A stretch of DNA of 60,544 nucleotides, filler included, from Platydemus manokwari (GCA_037951405.1; 6 parts of 6 records of this genome joined end to end with filler, not necessarily neighbours in it), one strand, 5' to 3'; counted from the first letter of the whole stretch, positions 38,353 to 51,090 are shown. Notes: generated from the sequence alone by a model not told the origin. A program made the numbers and translations.

Positions 38353-40488
38353 GTTTGTACCAATATGGTGAACATTTTGAACAGTTGCTATGAAATTTCT
38401 TATTATTTACCGTTCTTTGTTCTTACTGTTATTGTGTTTTGTTGTGCATTTAAGTAATTCAAGTTTATTCTTACTGCTGTTTTATTTTAGTTTCAGAGAC
38501 GAAGTCTTGTTAATCGCATGGTATATATATACTTGTGAGGACTAACTAATGAAATCCCTAAATCAATGTCTGAGTAAAATATCAGTCATCCCTGAAATAT
38601 ATTACTGATCTGATATCACTCTACCATTCCACTTCAATTCCAGAAGCCATCAGTCCCATATAATAAATACGTGGCTTGAAAACCAACATATCGGGAGATT
38701 TTAATTATTTTTAATTAATTCTCCTTTTATCTTGTGTCAACATCAACAATAGACAAACAATATAGTACTTCCTTAACAATAAAAATCCGTAAAAATCTAA
38801 ATCTTATAGGGTAAATGAAATCAAGTTATCCAATATGATTAGGTTAAGAAATTTTTTATCGAAAAGTGAAAACATAGAGTGGATTTTTGGATAAATAAAA
38901 AAATAGAATATAAATTATAAATTGAAACTACATTTAAAACTACATTTATCGAACATCAACTTTAATTTGAACCATAAAGGACATGAATGATAATAATTAA
39001 AAATAAAATTTTTAATTTTAGAATAAATGGTAACGATTGTTCCATTGTATGGGTTTATAATTATAAATGTTGTGAGTATTTCAAAGGAAATCGTACACCT
39101 TGTATGCCATGATTAAGTTCTCAACGAAGAAATCTAAATTTATCTCCCCATAATAAATTGGAAACCCAGACAGTGAACTAGGTTATGTTACACTGTGAGT
39201 CTGTGGTTTCGAAAAAAAAAACAACGAGAAACAAATTTGAATTTTCCATTTATTATGTCCGAAAAAATGTCGAATATTATATTTTATATTAAAAGAAAAT
39301 TTTACAGAAGAATTCTCAACGGGAAAATGTAGCAATTAGAAAATTAACAGTTTTTTGTTGAAAACATCTCCTTGATTATTATAATTGAGGTCATTCAAAT
39401 TTTAATTGGAGAGCACAATACATGTTTCCAAATGAAGTTATATGAAATCAAAAATAAGAAATGAAGAAATATATTTTATGCTACTAATACTGATATTGAT
39501 TGGTAAGGCGATATGATTCGTTCGGTATTGATAATGATATGAAAAATAGAACATTTATTTATCGAACTACAATACAATAGTAGCTTGGGGGGGTGTGGCA
39601 GCACCATAAGATAAGGGATGGGTTATTTCAAATATGGATCCATGATTGAGTTGAAACACCGAACTGAATTCGTTCGTGAAAGTGAGTAAGAAAAAGAGTT
39701 TTCAACCATGTTACGCAATAGAGATAACAACGTCATTATAGATTGATTTGAATCAGAATTCGAATCTGGTTCCACTATTACAGTTATGTTAGCTACTATT
39801 TTCATATAATTAAAGTCAATCAATAATCGAAATTGTATTTATTTTGATAGTGTTGTTCCAATAAAGATCCAAAAAATAGAATTAACAATAATAAGATTGA
39901 TGACATCATGAAACCCTGCTTTGATACATTACTCACGATTAGATATTTTCTGGACTTCAGATAAATTTAATATATAAATTATAATTAATTATATTATTAT
40001 TTATTAAAATTCAAAATCGTACTTGAATTTTCAATCTTTGCTGGAATGGTTTTTGTTTTTTCCGAAGAGTCGGTTGAAATGACTTGAGCCAGTAAAATGT
40101 TTCATAATCTAATCACCAGCGCTGGCCTTAATTTAAAGGGTTTTCAATTTACGAACTTATTGAAGAGATAAATTCGTTGTCAGTAGCTAAATAAATAAAT
40201 AGCTATTTTTGTAAATATTTTCAGTTCTACATGTCTCTGAATCAAGAGATTGACAAGCCATGTGGATGGCCAAATGGACTATTAATAATATTTTAATAAA
40301 ACCAATAATTTATTAAAATCTTATTTAATAATAAAATAATAATAAAATATTATTTAAATAAATAATTTTAATGATTTGAATTAAATTCCTGCGGAACAGA
40401 TATCGTATGGCAATGAACCACTGAAAACCCATAAACAAGAAATGTCACACCATAAACGAAGAGTTACAGTCGAGCGGAATAAGAGTTG

Positions 40489-40588
40489 NNNNNNNNNNNN
40501 NNNNNNNNNNNNNNNNNNNNNNNNNNNNNNNNTTAATTAATTAANNNNNNNNNNNNNNNNNNNNNNNNNNNNNNNNNNNNNNNNNNNN
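40489..40588. other. Artificial contig-joining spacer
   Basis: 44 N + TTAATTAATTAA + 44 N. Confidence 0.97.
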
Positions 40589-42560
40589 CATTTACTATCG
40601 ATGAATAGAGATAGCAGTTTTCAGCTTGATTTGGTAAATGAAGTAATTGCTTCATGTAAGCTTGTCTTTAACTACTTTTCTCTTTCAGTGAAGAAATTTT
40701 GATTTCCCTTCTTCTAAACGCATATACAAGTCTAGAGTGCAAGAAAATTCTGTACGATTTAAGCTTTTGCCAATCCCATAAATCAGAATTGACTATTTTA
40801 CCAAGATCAATTACAAGTTTTTTCAAAAATCTTGTAAGGAGATTGGTCATTTTTATCGCCTACAGGAACACCAAGATACTTGTAAAATTTTTTAGTCAAC
40901 AATCTTTTAATATTTACATTATTAATAGATATAACAACATCAGTGCTTTCGTGTGGTAAACTTATCAAGGCACATTTGTCTGTAAACCAGCCCATTCAGT
41001 TGCCTCAACAGCTTTATCGATTTGTCTTTGGAGATCAGGAGTATTATTGGCAATCAAATCAATATCATTAGCGTAAGCTAAAACCTTAGCAGAGCTAATT
41101 CCTATTGAGAAATTGGGAACTGATGAAATTTCAATGTCTTCAAGTACTGGGTTAATTGTCAAATCAAACAGAGTCATCGATATAAGACAGCTCTGTTTGA
41201 CTCCTCTTCGAATAGGCAAGTCCGGTGGAGTAATAGGTCCACAAACATAAAATAAACTTATATCAGTGTAGAAAAATTCAAGAGTATCGACAAAAGAGTC
41301 ATTTACACCTATAAAACAAAGCAAACCCCATAGATATTTATGTGGGTACTAGAAAAGGCGTTTTCAATGTCAAGCCAAGCAACAGAAATGGACAAGTGTC
41401 TAGTAAATTTTGAGTGTTCAAAAGCAGCATTTCGAATGGCGTTGTGTTCAATACAACCTTCATATTTAGAGCTGCCTTTGTGACCCCTGTTGAGCAAGTA
41501 ATTATCTCTAATTCAATGCTCTAATCTTCTAGTCAAGATTGACAAAAAAATTATGTATGAAGTTGATAAAAGAGCTATTGGTCACCAGTTGTTTATGTTT
41601 TTATCCTATCCATCTTTACCTGGTTTTGAAATCAATGCTGTCTTAGACTTTTGCCAATTATCTGGACGTTTATGAGTCGAAATGTCTTTATTAAAAGGTG
41701 AGTTAAAAGGATACCCTGAGCGTCTAAGATTGAAAGATACAAATATGAGATTTTGTCACTGCCAGGTGAGTTATAACCTGCGGTTTTAAAACTAGAGAGA
41801 ACTTCACTCGAATGAATAGGTTCTAGCTCTAAATTATCAATGGCAGTTTTACAATAACCATTATTATAATCCCATATGGTTGAGTTGGGTTTTTCATGAG
41901 AGAAACAATTAATTACATCATCAGTAGATGGTCTAGAGTTGATTTCGTCATCATTAACAATATCATTAATAGTCTTTCTCATATTTCTTAAAAAATTCAT
42001 TTTCTTGTTGCTTTCGATGGTTTTTTTATTGAATACTTTCCTTACTCCTCAGTATGGTTTATTCGGATTATCATTTTGGTTTTGTATTTTATCCTGAAAG
42101 CAGTTAAAAATTTCATTCAATATGTCATTTGGGTTGAAATTCTCGACTTTTTTTCAATATTTCGATTCTGATTTTTAAACTTAGGTTATTTTGACTCATT
42201 TTTTGAATATTTTAAAATATTTTTGGTCTTTATTCTCCATAACATTGTTGGTGTTTAACAGATTATCAGAGCAATCTATATTATTCAAGTAATTGAATAT
42301 CATGCCAAAATTGATATTCAAGAGTGGCAAAATTTTGATATAATTAAGCATATATTCACATAAAAGAATATTTGAGAAAAGTCCACAACCGCGAGTTTCA
42401 TATTCTTCATGTTGGACAACGACGAAAGATTCTTTCAAGCCCCGTAGTTCTAAGATGAAATCGGTGATCGTTTTACTCAAAGATATAAATCGATCATCAC
42501 AAATCATTATCTGGATGTTTCAGGACTATTATCCAAACATCAAACGATAATCCTAGACCA
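40589..42560 (-). mobile_element. Decayed RLE-group non-LTR retrotransposon (NeSL/Utopia/R2-like), RT with a probable upstream Ulp1-like protease remnant
   Basis: SPGSDKISY, NNW*PIALLST, YEGCIEHN (GCxEH of the R2/NeSL group), VAWLDIENAFSS, IRRGVKQSCLISMTLF, LAYANDIDL (decayed YADD), YKYLGV, LWDWQKLKSYRIFLHSRL. Upstream WIIVL...IMICDD...VVQHEEYETRGCGLF resembles C48 protease motifs. Confidence 0.85.
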
Positions 42561-42579
42561 TTTAATAAATTATATGTAA

Positions 42580-43025
42580 TCATTCGGATTTGACAGGAAC
42601 ATCAACAAAAACAGCGAGCAAAAATTACGATCGAACTTGGTGATCCGAAACAAAAACAAACGTCAAGCCAAGATCTTCGACCTCAAAATTGCTTTCAACA
42701 AGAGCGACAACTTAAAACGTCATTGTTTCCTCAATCACGAGAAATACAGAACCATTGCCAAGGATATGTGCAGAAAATCCAGATTTGAAATTCATCTCAA
42801 TGTCACCTGTATCTTAGGACTCTCTCAATAGCAAGATCCTATCGGATATCAGACTCAACAAGAAGTAAATCACGTTTATGTTGGGGTTCCTAATAATGAA
42901 TTGCTCAGAGATCACAACGCGACTTACAAGTCTCATAAGTACCAAAGGAAAACAAAGAATGTCTTTTGTGTTCGATTACAAACTACCCAGCACTGTTGAG
43001 CCAAAAGAACAAATATATAAAAATG
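42580..43025 (+). mobile_element. Restriction-like endonuclease (RLE) C-terminal fragment and 3' tail of an R2/NeSL-type element, opposite in orientation to the adjacent RT
   Basis: KLRSNLVIRNKNKRQAKIFDLKIAF...NHEKYRTIA parallels LRPDLV...xIxDVxIPF...KxxKY. It is followed by S*DSLNSKILSDIRL (GSWxxxN) and TYKSH. Confidence 0.6.
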
Positions 43026-44599
43026 CTATTCAGTAATGTCTCAGGGTGAATGAGAAGATTTCAAAAAGGGAAATCTCGAATTCGAATATTGGAAACATCT
43101 ATCTTTAGAATTTAATTAAAAATTCTAGATGAGAACTTGTAACAATATGTCATGAAAACTGTTACGTTTATGTATATTGAATCTTAGTTTTTTAAATTAT
43201 TATTGAGTAACCCGTAATATTGATGGAATTCGACTAGCCTGTGCTAAGTAGTATTTGGTGTAATGATCTAAAGGTAATTCAACTAGTAATAACTCGTTGA
43301 ACAATTTGTAAGTTAGATAAATATGATTAAAATCAGAACAATGGAGATTCCACCAAAGATCCGATCCAAATCAGATTGCTTGTAATTCAGATAATATAAT
43401 AATAATAGAATAAAAAAATAATGAGACAATCATATGAATACTTTTATTATAGTATAAAATTATCGAATGTGTAATGCTAAAATATTAACAGAGGTTTAGT
43501 GTTGTGCTCTGAAAATGAGAACAACCAACATAGGAAACTAGGTACCGCCTTACTTCAGACAATAAACTAAAGTAATAAATTTAGATTGTAAGCCATTTCG
43601 GATTTACAACTAATATTTTAGCCCTGCGAATCTCATCGAGGTTTGCAAAGTGATGAGTGAAGAAGTTAAAGCAATAAAATTTACCATTGACATAGATTTG
43701 TAAATTTAACAGAATTGCTTGAAAATATAAAAAAGTTATAGGATTATGTGGTTCCGAGCTTAATATACATTACACTTTATATCAATGATGAGTAAATTTT
43801 TATATTTTTATTACGTGCCCACAACTATCTCGATAGCTGTGTGGTTGTTTTAAACTTATTTAAGTTCAATCTTATATCTTCCTCCTTCTTTTTTATCCAC
43901 AGGGGTGTCTTACCCATTAGTTAGGCACACCTGATTGTTCTACTGAAGGGTTCTGATCGTCCATAATAGTATCTTGAAGTGTACATTAAAATTTGATTTA
44001 TTATTAATAAACGTATTTTATTATAATTGTTTATTTAATAATTGATTTTAACATTTTCAGAAGACTCATATTTTACCTATATTTATATCTTAAATATTAT
44101 TGTTATTATAGCGAGAGTGATTGAAACACTTCCTAAGTATCTGATTGGAACGGATTCTGTTGAGAACCAAATCGTAACCTACTTTATATTATATTATATC
44201 AAATCGTTAAATTTTATAGAACACTTATAACACTAAAATTTTGGTTTAATTTCATTTCGTATTATCCTCTCTTATAAAACCCCAACACATCTTTATCTTT
44301 ATCAAAAGCTATATATTAATATCTTTCCATTCATTGTTTATTTGCAAGAAAATTAAATTCTTCTTTTTCTATTCTATTACTAAATAAATCAGAATATATT
44401 AAATATTTATCTCCTTTATTCAATTTAAACAAAAATAATGAAATTTGAATTATTTCTAATTGTTTTCTTCGGTAAATCAAGCCAACTTTGGGATAGATAA
44501 ATACAATTATAACTATTATGTCTTTCCCTTGTATAATAAGAACTCATAATTTCCTGGTTTTTTTCTGTAACACAATTATCAAAAATTTTAATCAGATGG

Positions 44600-45200
44600 G
44601 TTCACAATTTCATTAAATTTAAAAGTCATGGTTATAGAAGGAACTTCATTCGATATTTCACTTCTTTCTGGAAACTGGTATGCATAATTTTCACAGATTT
44701 CTTTACTACTTAAATCTTTATCAAACATATCTTGATTCTCAAATATTTTTATTATACTTTCCTTTGATAAACCATTTATAAATCCGTGATATAAAACCAC
44801 AACACTTATTTGGCAGAGTCCTGTTGTTTTTTTATATTCCGGGCCTTGGTTGTTTGAAAGTTTATATCATTCCAAATCTTTATTAATTTATTTATTTTTT
44901 ATTTTATTATATTCCACGACAGACCAAAACAATTCCCATGGTCCATTCTACTTATCAGTATGTCGTAGGACCTCGAATACACCAGTTCACAAACCATATA
45001 TTCGACTCCATGCTCATTTCGTCAAGAGAGTTGTTTGTGAATAAAGTAAGAAATAGTATTGGTTAATAAATACTCCAAGAAGAATCAATAATGTATGTTT
45101 AGCGAAACTCAACATTGGACATCTAATAATCGCAACAAAACTAAAACTCATGATTTTAGTGGTAATAGATAATCTCAAAGCTAAAGATTTACTGGCCATG
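44600..45200 (-). pseudogene. Possible Polinton/Maverick remnant (adenain-like cysteine protease, perhaps preceded by a capsid C-terminus)
   Basis: Frameshifted remnants SLDEM...FVNW...T(H>Y)(W>*), KKQQDSANKCCGF, then GLSKESIIKIFENQDMFDKD, resembling Q-x6-CG and GxSxxxIxxxF...ND of Polinton proteases. Pattern recognition only. Confidence 0.3.
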
Positions 45201-45347
45201 CAAGATTAATCTATTGATTTTTATATTCTGATTTAAGTAATCTATTGATGATTTTCTTTGAGAAATTTTCTAAATATACTTTCAATTTTCAATTATATTT
45301 TAAGTGCTTATTTTTTAACATCTTCAACGGTATTGGTTGAAGATGAA

Positions 45348-45425
45348 ATCACGATGGCCCAGCAAAATATTGGATTATAAATCTAATGAAATTCCCATGT
45401 CCAGATTCAAATCTTGTTCCCGGAG
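45348..45425 (+). pseudogene. tRNA-Ser-derived relic (pseudogene or SINE head)
   Basis: atcacgatggcccagc-aaaatattggattataaatctaatgaaattcccatgtccagattcaaatcttgttc aligns by eye with long-arm tRNA-Ser GTCACGGTGGCCGAG...TTGGACTCGAAATCCAATGGGGTTTCCCCG..CAGGTTCGAATCCTGTTC. The D-loop is deleted and stems are broken. Confidence 0.5.
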
Positions 45426-45999
45426 AATATTTTCCTATTTCTGTTGTCAGTGGTATGATGATTGTTAGTAGCGGTTACTTTGCTTGAAATTGATGTTTTA
45501 ACAAAAGAAGTCATTATTACAATTTTCTTAATATTTATTTAATGCCAACACATAATACAATTTTTAAACAAATTAAAATTCCTTTTCTAGAGAGATTTAA
45601 TCATCAATCTTTATCTGGTATAGATAAAAATATTTAATAATTACTTTATTTTTAAATAATCCAATATAAATTTCAAAATACTATTTTATATTTTAAAATT
45701 TATTAAATTATTTTAAATTTTAATTAAAAAATTTTTATTAAAATTATTATTTAAAATTATTATTATTTAATTTGCCTTTTCCTCACAATGATGTCATTTG
45801 ATTATTACTGCTTTGCTGCTTGATTATTGGCGCGATAACAACACATTCCTTACAGATTTTATTATTCTCCTAAGCAAATCCATTTAACTCTTAATATAAT
45901 TGAATATCATTAACACAGAAATAAATCCAATTTTGTTTGAATCTTTTCATGGAGAATCTAATGATGATTTTTATATGGATTATTTAATTTTTAATTGAA

Positions 46000-47530
46000 A
46001 TATCGACAATTTAATCAACGATTTAAGTCAAAAAGCTTAAAATGACCGGCATCCAGGTAATTGTGACTGATAAGAGAAATTATGATGATGATAGATTCAT
46101 TAAAATATTGAAAAATAAATCAAATGATGCTGGATGCACCTGATGTTGTCCGGTGAAATAATTTGAGTTACTCATCAATTATGATGTCAATGATCTATTA
46201 ACTCAATTATGCCATTTATTTATAAAAACAAGCTAGTTGATGAAGAATAATAAATCGATCAAATAATCAGGTGATAGCCAATAACTATATGACATTTAAA
46301 GCCTGCTTTGACATAATTTTAGACATAACCAGTGGTTATCAATTTCATTGGTTAACCCTCATAAGTTCACTTGTTTACAGAAAAAGGAAATCATCGAGCA
46401 TTTGAAGGTTTTACGATTATACGTTTGTAAAAACATTTTTATTCGGTTTGTCTCTTTAATTCAAAAACTAGTCTACCAACATCTCTTCTTTAGTCGATCG
46501 CAGATTTCGATAATTTTTTCGTGATTTGTAAAATTTATTATATCGATTTGTTTAATAATTTGATCATACAGAATAGAAATTATAAAAATATATTGTAAAT
46601 ATCTTTTATTGATAACTTTTTACTCGTTATTTTATTTAAAAATCATGCAGGTTTTGACGATCTTATCATTAGAGTCCAGAAATTTAAAGCAAATAATTAT
46701 CCAAAAACATTATTTGATCAACATTAAATTATTTATTACTCTGTTGATCAGAATCAAGGCACCAGATAAGTTATTACCAAAAATATTCAACATTTATTAT
46801 AGCTGGTTGTTTTTTCAACTGCCAACAATAAAATGATTTGAACAATGACGCGTCAAATAATTTGAAATGAAGCGTGCCTGAGGGCATATTTAATGATAAT
46901 TGCTACGTGATCAGAATTGAATAAAATAACAAACTTGTTAAGTACACCCGGAACTATCTCAATTGATTAAAATATAAATTATTAATAACACTACAGTCAC
47001 ATTAAATATTGGACATTGCTGCAATTCAATGACCCGACAAATCGGCCGACGATACTTTGTAGCAGCATCAAATAGTCTCATCTGATGTGATACATAATCA
47101 ATATTTATTTATTTATTCAAAACCAATTGATGTCAATGCTCCAATTGACATTTCAATTGATAAAAATCTTGTCGAAATATCATTCTTAATAATTTAATCC
47201 GCTGCTTATTTCAAAAAGCGATTGCAAATTTTTGACCTCAACTCAAAGGATGTCGATTTAAAATAGATATTTTCATATCTTTTCAGCAGGAAACCTTTTC
47301 TTACATCTTGTCATCAAGTTTTTGTTGGCAGTTTGTTATTTTATTCAACTTCTCCAGAGGTAGTGCGATTTATTTTAACGGTGATGACTTGATCATAAAA
47401 AGGAGTTGATAAATTCCATACAATATCTTTAGTAATACATCAACCCTTTCAATAGGGAGCAACACGATTTGCACATTTTTACAGTCACAGTTTGCAAGCT
47501 TAAAAGTGAGGTTTGGATCACACCCCAAAA
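46000..47530 (-). mobile_element. Very decayed Gypsy-like pol remnant
   Basis: Weak ordered motifs on minus: GLMYY*R../NLST about 47430 (RT connector), SIEIVPGVLNK about 46950 (end of RNase H), NRSLTS about 46190 (integrase). Confidence 0.35.
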
Positions 47531-47887
47531 ATTAGCTAATTTCTCTGACACATTTTACTTTTCCATTAACTTACGAAGGATTAATCAATAAATAAAGATT
47601 GAAATGGTTCCGTTTGATCGTCATCTAAATTTAGATTTTATTATTATTATTATTATTATTATTGATGGCCTTATTATTTTTATTATTATAAATTATAATA
47701 ATTGATAAATTATTAAAATAGTCAAGATTCTTATTATCAATGATAATTATTCATTGTGTATGTCTGGATTTCTGAATAATTCCTGTATCGATTCGTTAAC
47801 CTTTTCCATAAACTATAATTAATAAAATTTCAAAACAAAATCTTATTAAAGGAGATTTGATTAAAAAATTGTTATCAATGTCAGAAA

Positions 47888-48740
47888 TCAGATATCGAGA
47901 ATATCATAGATAAAACATTCGATATTGACACAGTTGTCAGTCAAAGGATCGAAAATCGAAATATCGGAATATTGGAAATAAAAAATAATTTTACTTCTAA
48001 ACGAATGTTTCGGTGGTTTGGCAATTTCCACGTGTTTCGTTTGACTGACAAAACAATCTTGATTATTATTAATATTGATTTTAACGGTTGCTGTAAATGG
48101 CCATTTGGCATCAACATTGTCATCAATATGCCAAATGAGTAAAGAAATGGAAAAAGTTGTGTTCAAATCAAAATATGCATTCGTTGCCATTTCCAAACAC
48201 ATTTTGTAAGGCATTAATTCACCATGAAAATATGGACTTTTCAGAATTTCGCAATTCTTTCTTCGTTCTTCTAATTGATTGACCGTCCATAATAATTGCC
48301 CGCGCATCTAATAAAATCAATAAAATATTATACAAATATAATATCTTCATATAATATAATACAATATTTCGACAATTATTTGTCTTCACACAAATTCTCA
48401 TATGTTTGGGCATATTTACCAATCTATCTTCATAGGGGCATTTAAATGGGCATTTCATAACGATATCGGACATGCCGTGGTTCACATTGTAATCAATGCT
48501 TGCCCGAGTTAGATTTGCATTTCGACAAACATTGGTCAGTCCAGGACAGGTCCAAAATCCATTCTTAATCAATTTGACAATACAGTTACCACAAAATCGA
48601 CAGCCACATTCAGCTCTGAAAGGGTTGTCAGGAATGCAGGAACAATGTGTACATTTGAAACGTTGATGAAAATTTTCATTCAAATCATATTTCTCTACAG
48701 ATATTAAATTGTCAAACGGTTTCATATCGGTGGAATTCAT
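47888..48740 (-). CDS. TRAF-like protein (RING, one TRAF-type zinc finger, MATH); exons 48363-48740 and 47888-48307, 265 aa
   Basis: RING CTHC-x11-CGC-RF-CGNC-x11-CP; ZnF CPFKCPYEDRLVNMPKHMRIC; MATH GQLLWTV...LKSPYF...YKMCLE...FSISL...KWPF...NCVNIEC. A 55-nt gtatta...tattag phase-0 intron joins the two ORFs. Confidence 0.88.
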
Positions 48741-50688
48741 AACTAAAATGATCCGTATTTAATAAATGCAAATATTATTAATTGATTTAATTATTCAATT
48801 TATAACTATAATTAATTATTTCTACAATATCAAGAATATTTATAAATATTTATAAAAATCTAATTTATATAAATCTAATTGGTTGTTTAATTCTTACTTT
48901 ATAATTTGACTATTTGTTTAAATAAAACGAAAACATAAAATGATTGTCAAGGTTAAAACTGACATAGTTAAAGAAAAGATAAATTAAGCTAATTATAAAA
49001 TTGAAACGAGATCAGATAAGAAATAATATTTGAGATTTTCCTATGTATATTCCAATTAATTTTTAATTAATTAATTATTAATTTATAATCTAGGGTTAAT
49101 TAAAAATTGAAAGGCACACTTTTTAAATGTTTATAAAAAACGTAATTTTGTTTAATAATTAACCGGTGATATTAATGAGTAATTGTAGTGATATTGCGAA
49201 CATTACAACAAGCAGGGTATCTAATATATTGATGGTAATTTATATGTTGTGAACACGAATGATTTCATTTTCTCCTGTTGTTAAGATTATATTTTATTAT
49301 TAACTGATTCTACTGAATGGATTGAGAGATTATTTTAGTTAACTCGAGTTTTTGTCAGGTATTGATGAAATATCAAATCACCAAGCAAATCTTTATTTTT
49401 CAAATTTAGCATAATTATTTTTTTATAAATTATATATTTAAAATTTATTATTTATAAGTATATTTTGAATTCATGATATGGCGCCAATTACGGGTTACAC
49501 CAACTACTTAGCTCAGCAATGTCAGTAACAAATATCAAAATCAATAATTCCATTTCTCATTTTTACATGTGAATTACTTATGAAAGGAAGTTGTTATAGC
49601 CTGTTACGCAACTTTGTATTTCCAAATCACTGTAGCTCATTTGAACCATTGTTGGATGAAATTACCCTTCATTATTATATATTTGATAAGCTTATAATCA
49701 GGTTGAGCTATGTTATTGCATAAATAATTAATTTTATAACTAAAGACTGCAATTGGACTTGGAACATATCATCAGAACACCAGTTTTATTTGACTAATTG
49801 ATAACAAAAACATTGCAGTTAATCTGGGAAATATTTTGATCTAAGCTGTACAGGTCAGTCCAAAGTTTTAAAAAATATTTCAGTGTGACTGTAAAATATG
49901 CTTTATTGAAAATCGAGAGATCTTTGCAAGTGAAGTTATCTGGTAATACAATTAATAGGGAAGATTTGATTATATAATCTTATAGATTTTCATATGCAAA
50001 TAAAAGGAAGTCCAGATGCTAATGTATAGGTATAATAAAAGATAACATACTTAAGATTCACTAATGACTAGCAAAAATTCATCAAAAAATAAATGGGTGA
50101 CTAATTGAGAAAATAGTTTAACAGTCACACGCACATAATCAAGGCTCTTCTCAAATAAGTGCCAAACTATATGCCAACCATAGTATTATATAACAATGGC
50201 AACAGCAATATTCTTAACAATTGATTATCACGTTGACTATGGAGGTAGAAAAAATCAAATAAATAAAAAACAAGCTAAATATTTAACCGGATACCCGTTA
50301 AAATTCATTAGGAGAATCCGTTAACAATTTGTAGGTGAAACAAGAAATATTTTTGCAATTTCAAATTGACGATTTAAACAAAAAATTGTTTTGAAACAAA
50401 TAAAATTGTTTCAATTAATTGCAAGAAATTGCTCTTTAAGTGCAAAATTTAAATGACGCCTTTTCGAGATTGATAATAAAACAATCTTAATAATAATAAT
50501 AATATTAATAATAAATTAGTGATAATAAGAATAATAATATCCAGGTCAGTAAAAATTGATATTATATATAATAATTAATAATAATAATGATTATAATCAA
50601 CATAATAGTAAACAATAATTAATAAAATAATAATAATATTTATAATATTAATAAGAATATTAAAATAATCATAATCATAATATGAATA

Positions 50689-50788
50689 NNNNNNNNNNNN
50701 NNNNNNNNNNNNNNNNNNNNNNNNNNNNNNNNTTAATTAATTAANNNNNNNNNNNNNNNNNNNNNNNNNNNNNNNNNNNNNNNNNNNN
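50689..50788. other. Artificial contig-joining spacer
   Basis: 44 N + TTAATTAATTAA + 44 N. Confidence 0.97.
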
Positions 50789-51090
50789 GATATTCAGATA
50801 TTAATAAGCCATACCATTTAATAAACAACAATAATAATAACTAGTGATATTCAGATATTAAGTCACACCATGTAATAAACAACAATAATAATTAGTGGTA
50901 TTCAGATATTATTAAGCCATACCATGTAATAAACAATAATAATAACTAGTGATATTCAGATATTAATAAGCCATACCATTTAATAAACAACAACAATAAT
51001 AACTAGTGATATTCAGATATTAAGTCACTCCATGTAATAAACAACAATAATAATTAGTGGTATTCAGATATTATTAAGCCATACCATGTA
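50789..51090. repeat. Minisatellite of 51-57 bp units with A-B-C-A-B-C higher-order structure, in an SLCO intron
   Basis: Six units begin g(a/g)tattcagatatt; variants aataagccataccattt, aagtcac(a/t)ccatgt and attaagccataccatgt recur with a period of about 162 bp. Confidence 0.9.

Noticed and set aside
50789-51090. CRISPR-like array
   Set aside because: The between-repeat sequences are themselves repeated, there are no cas genes and the context is eukaryotic; it is a minisatellite.
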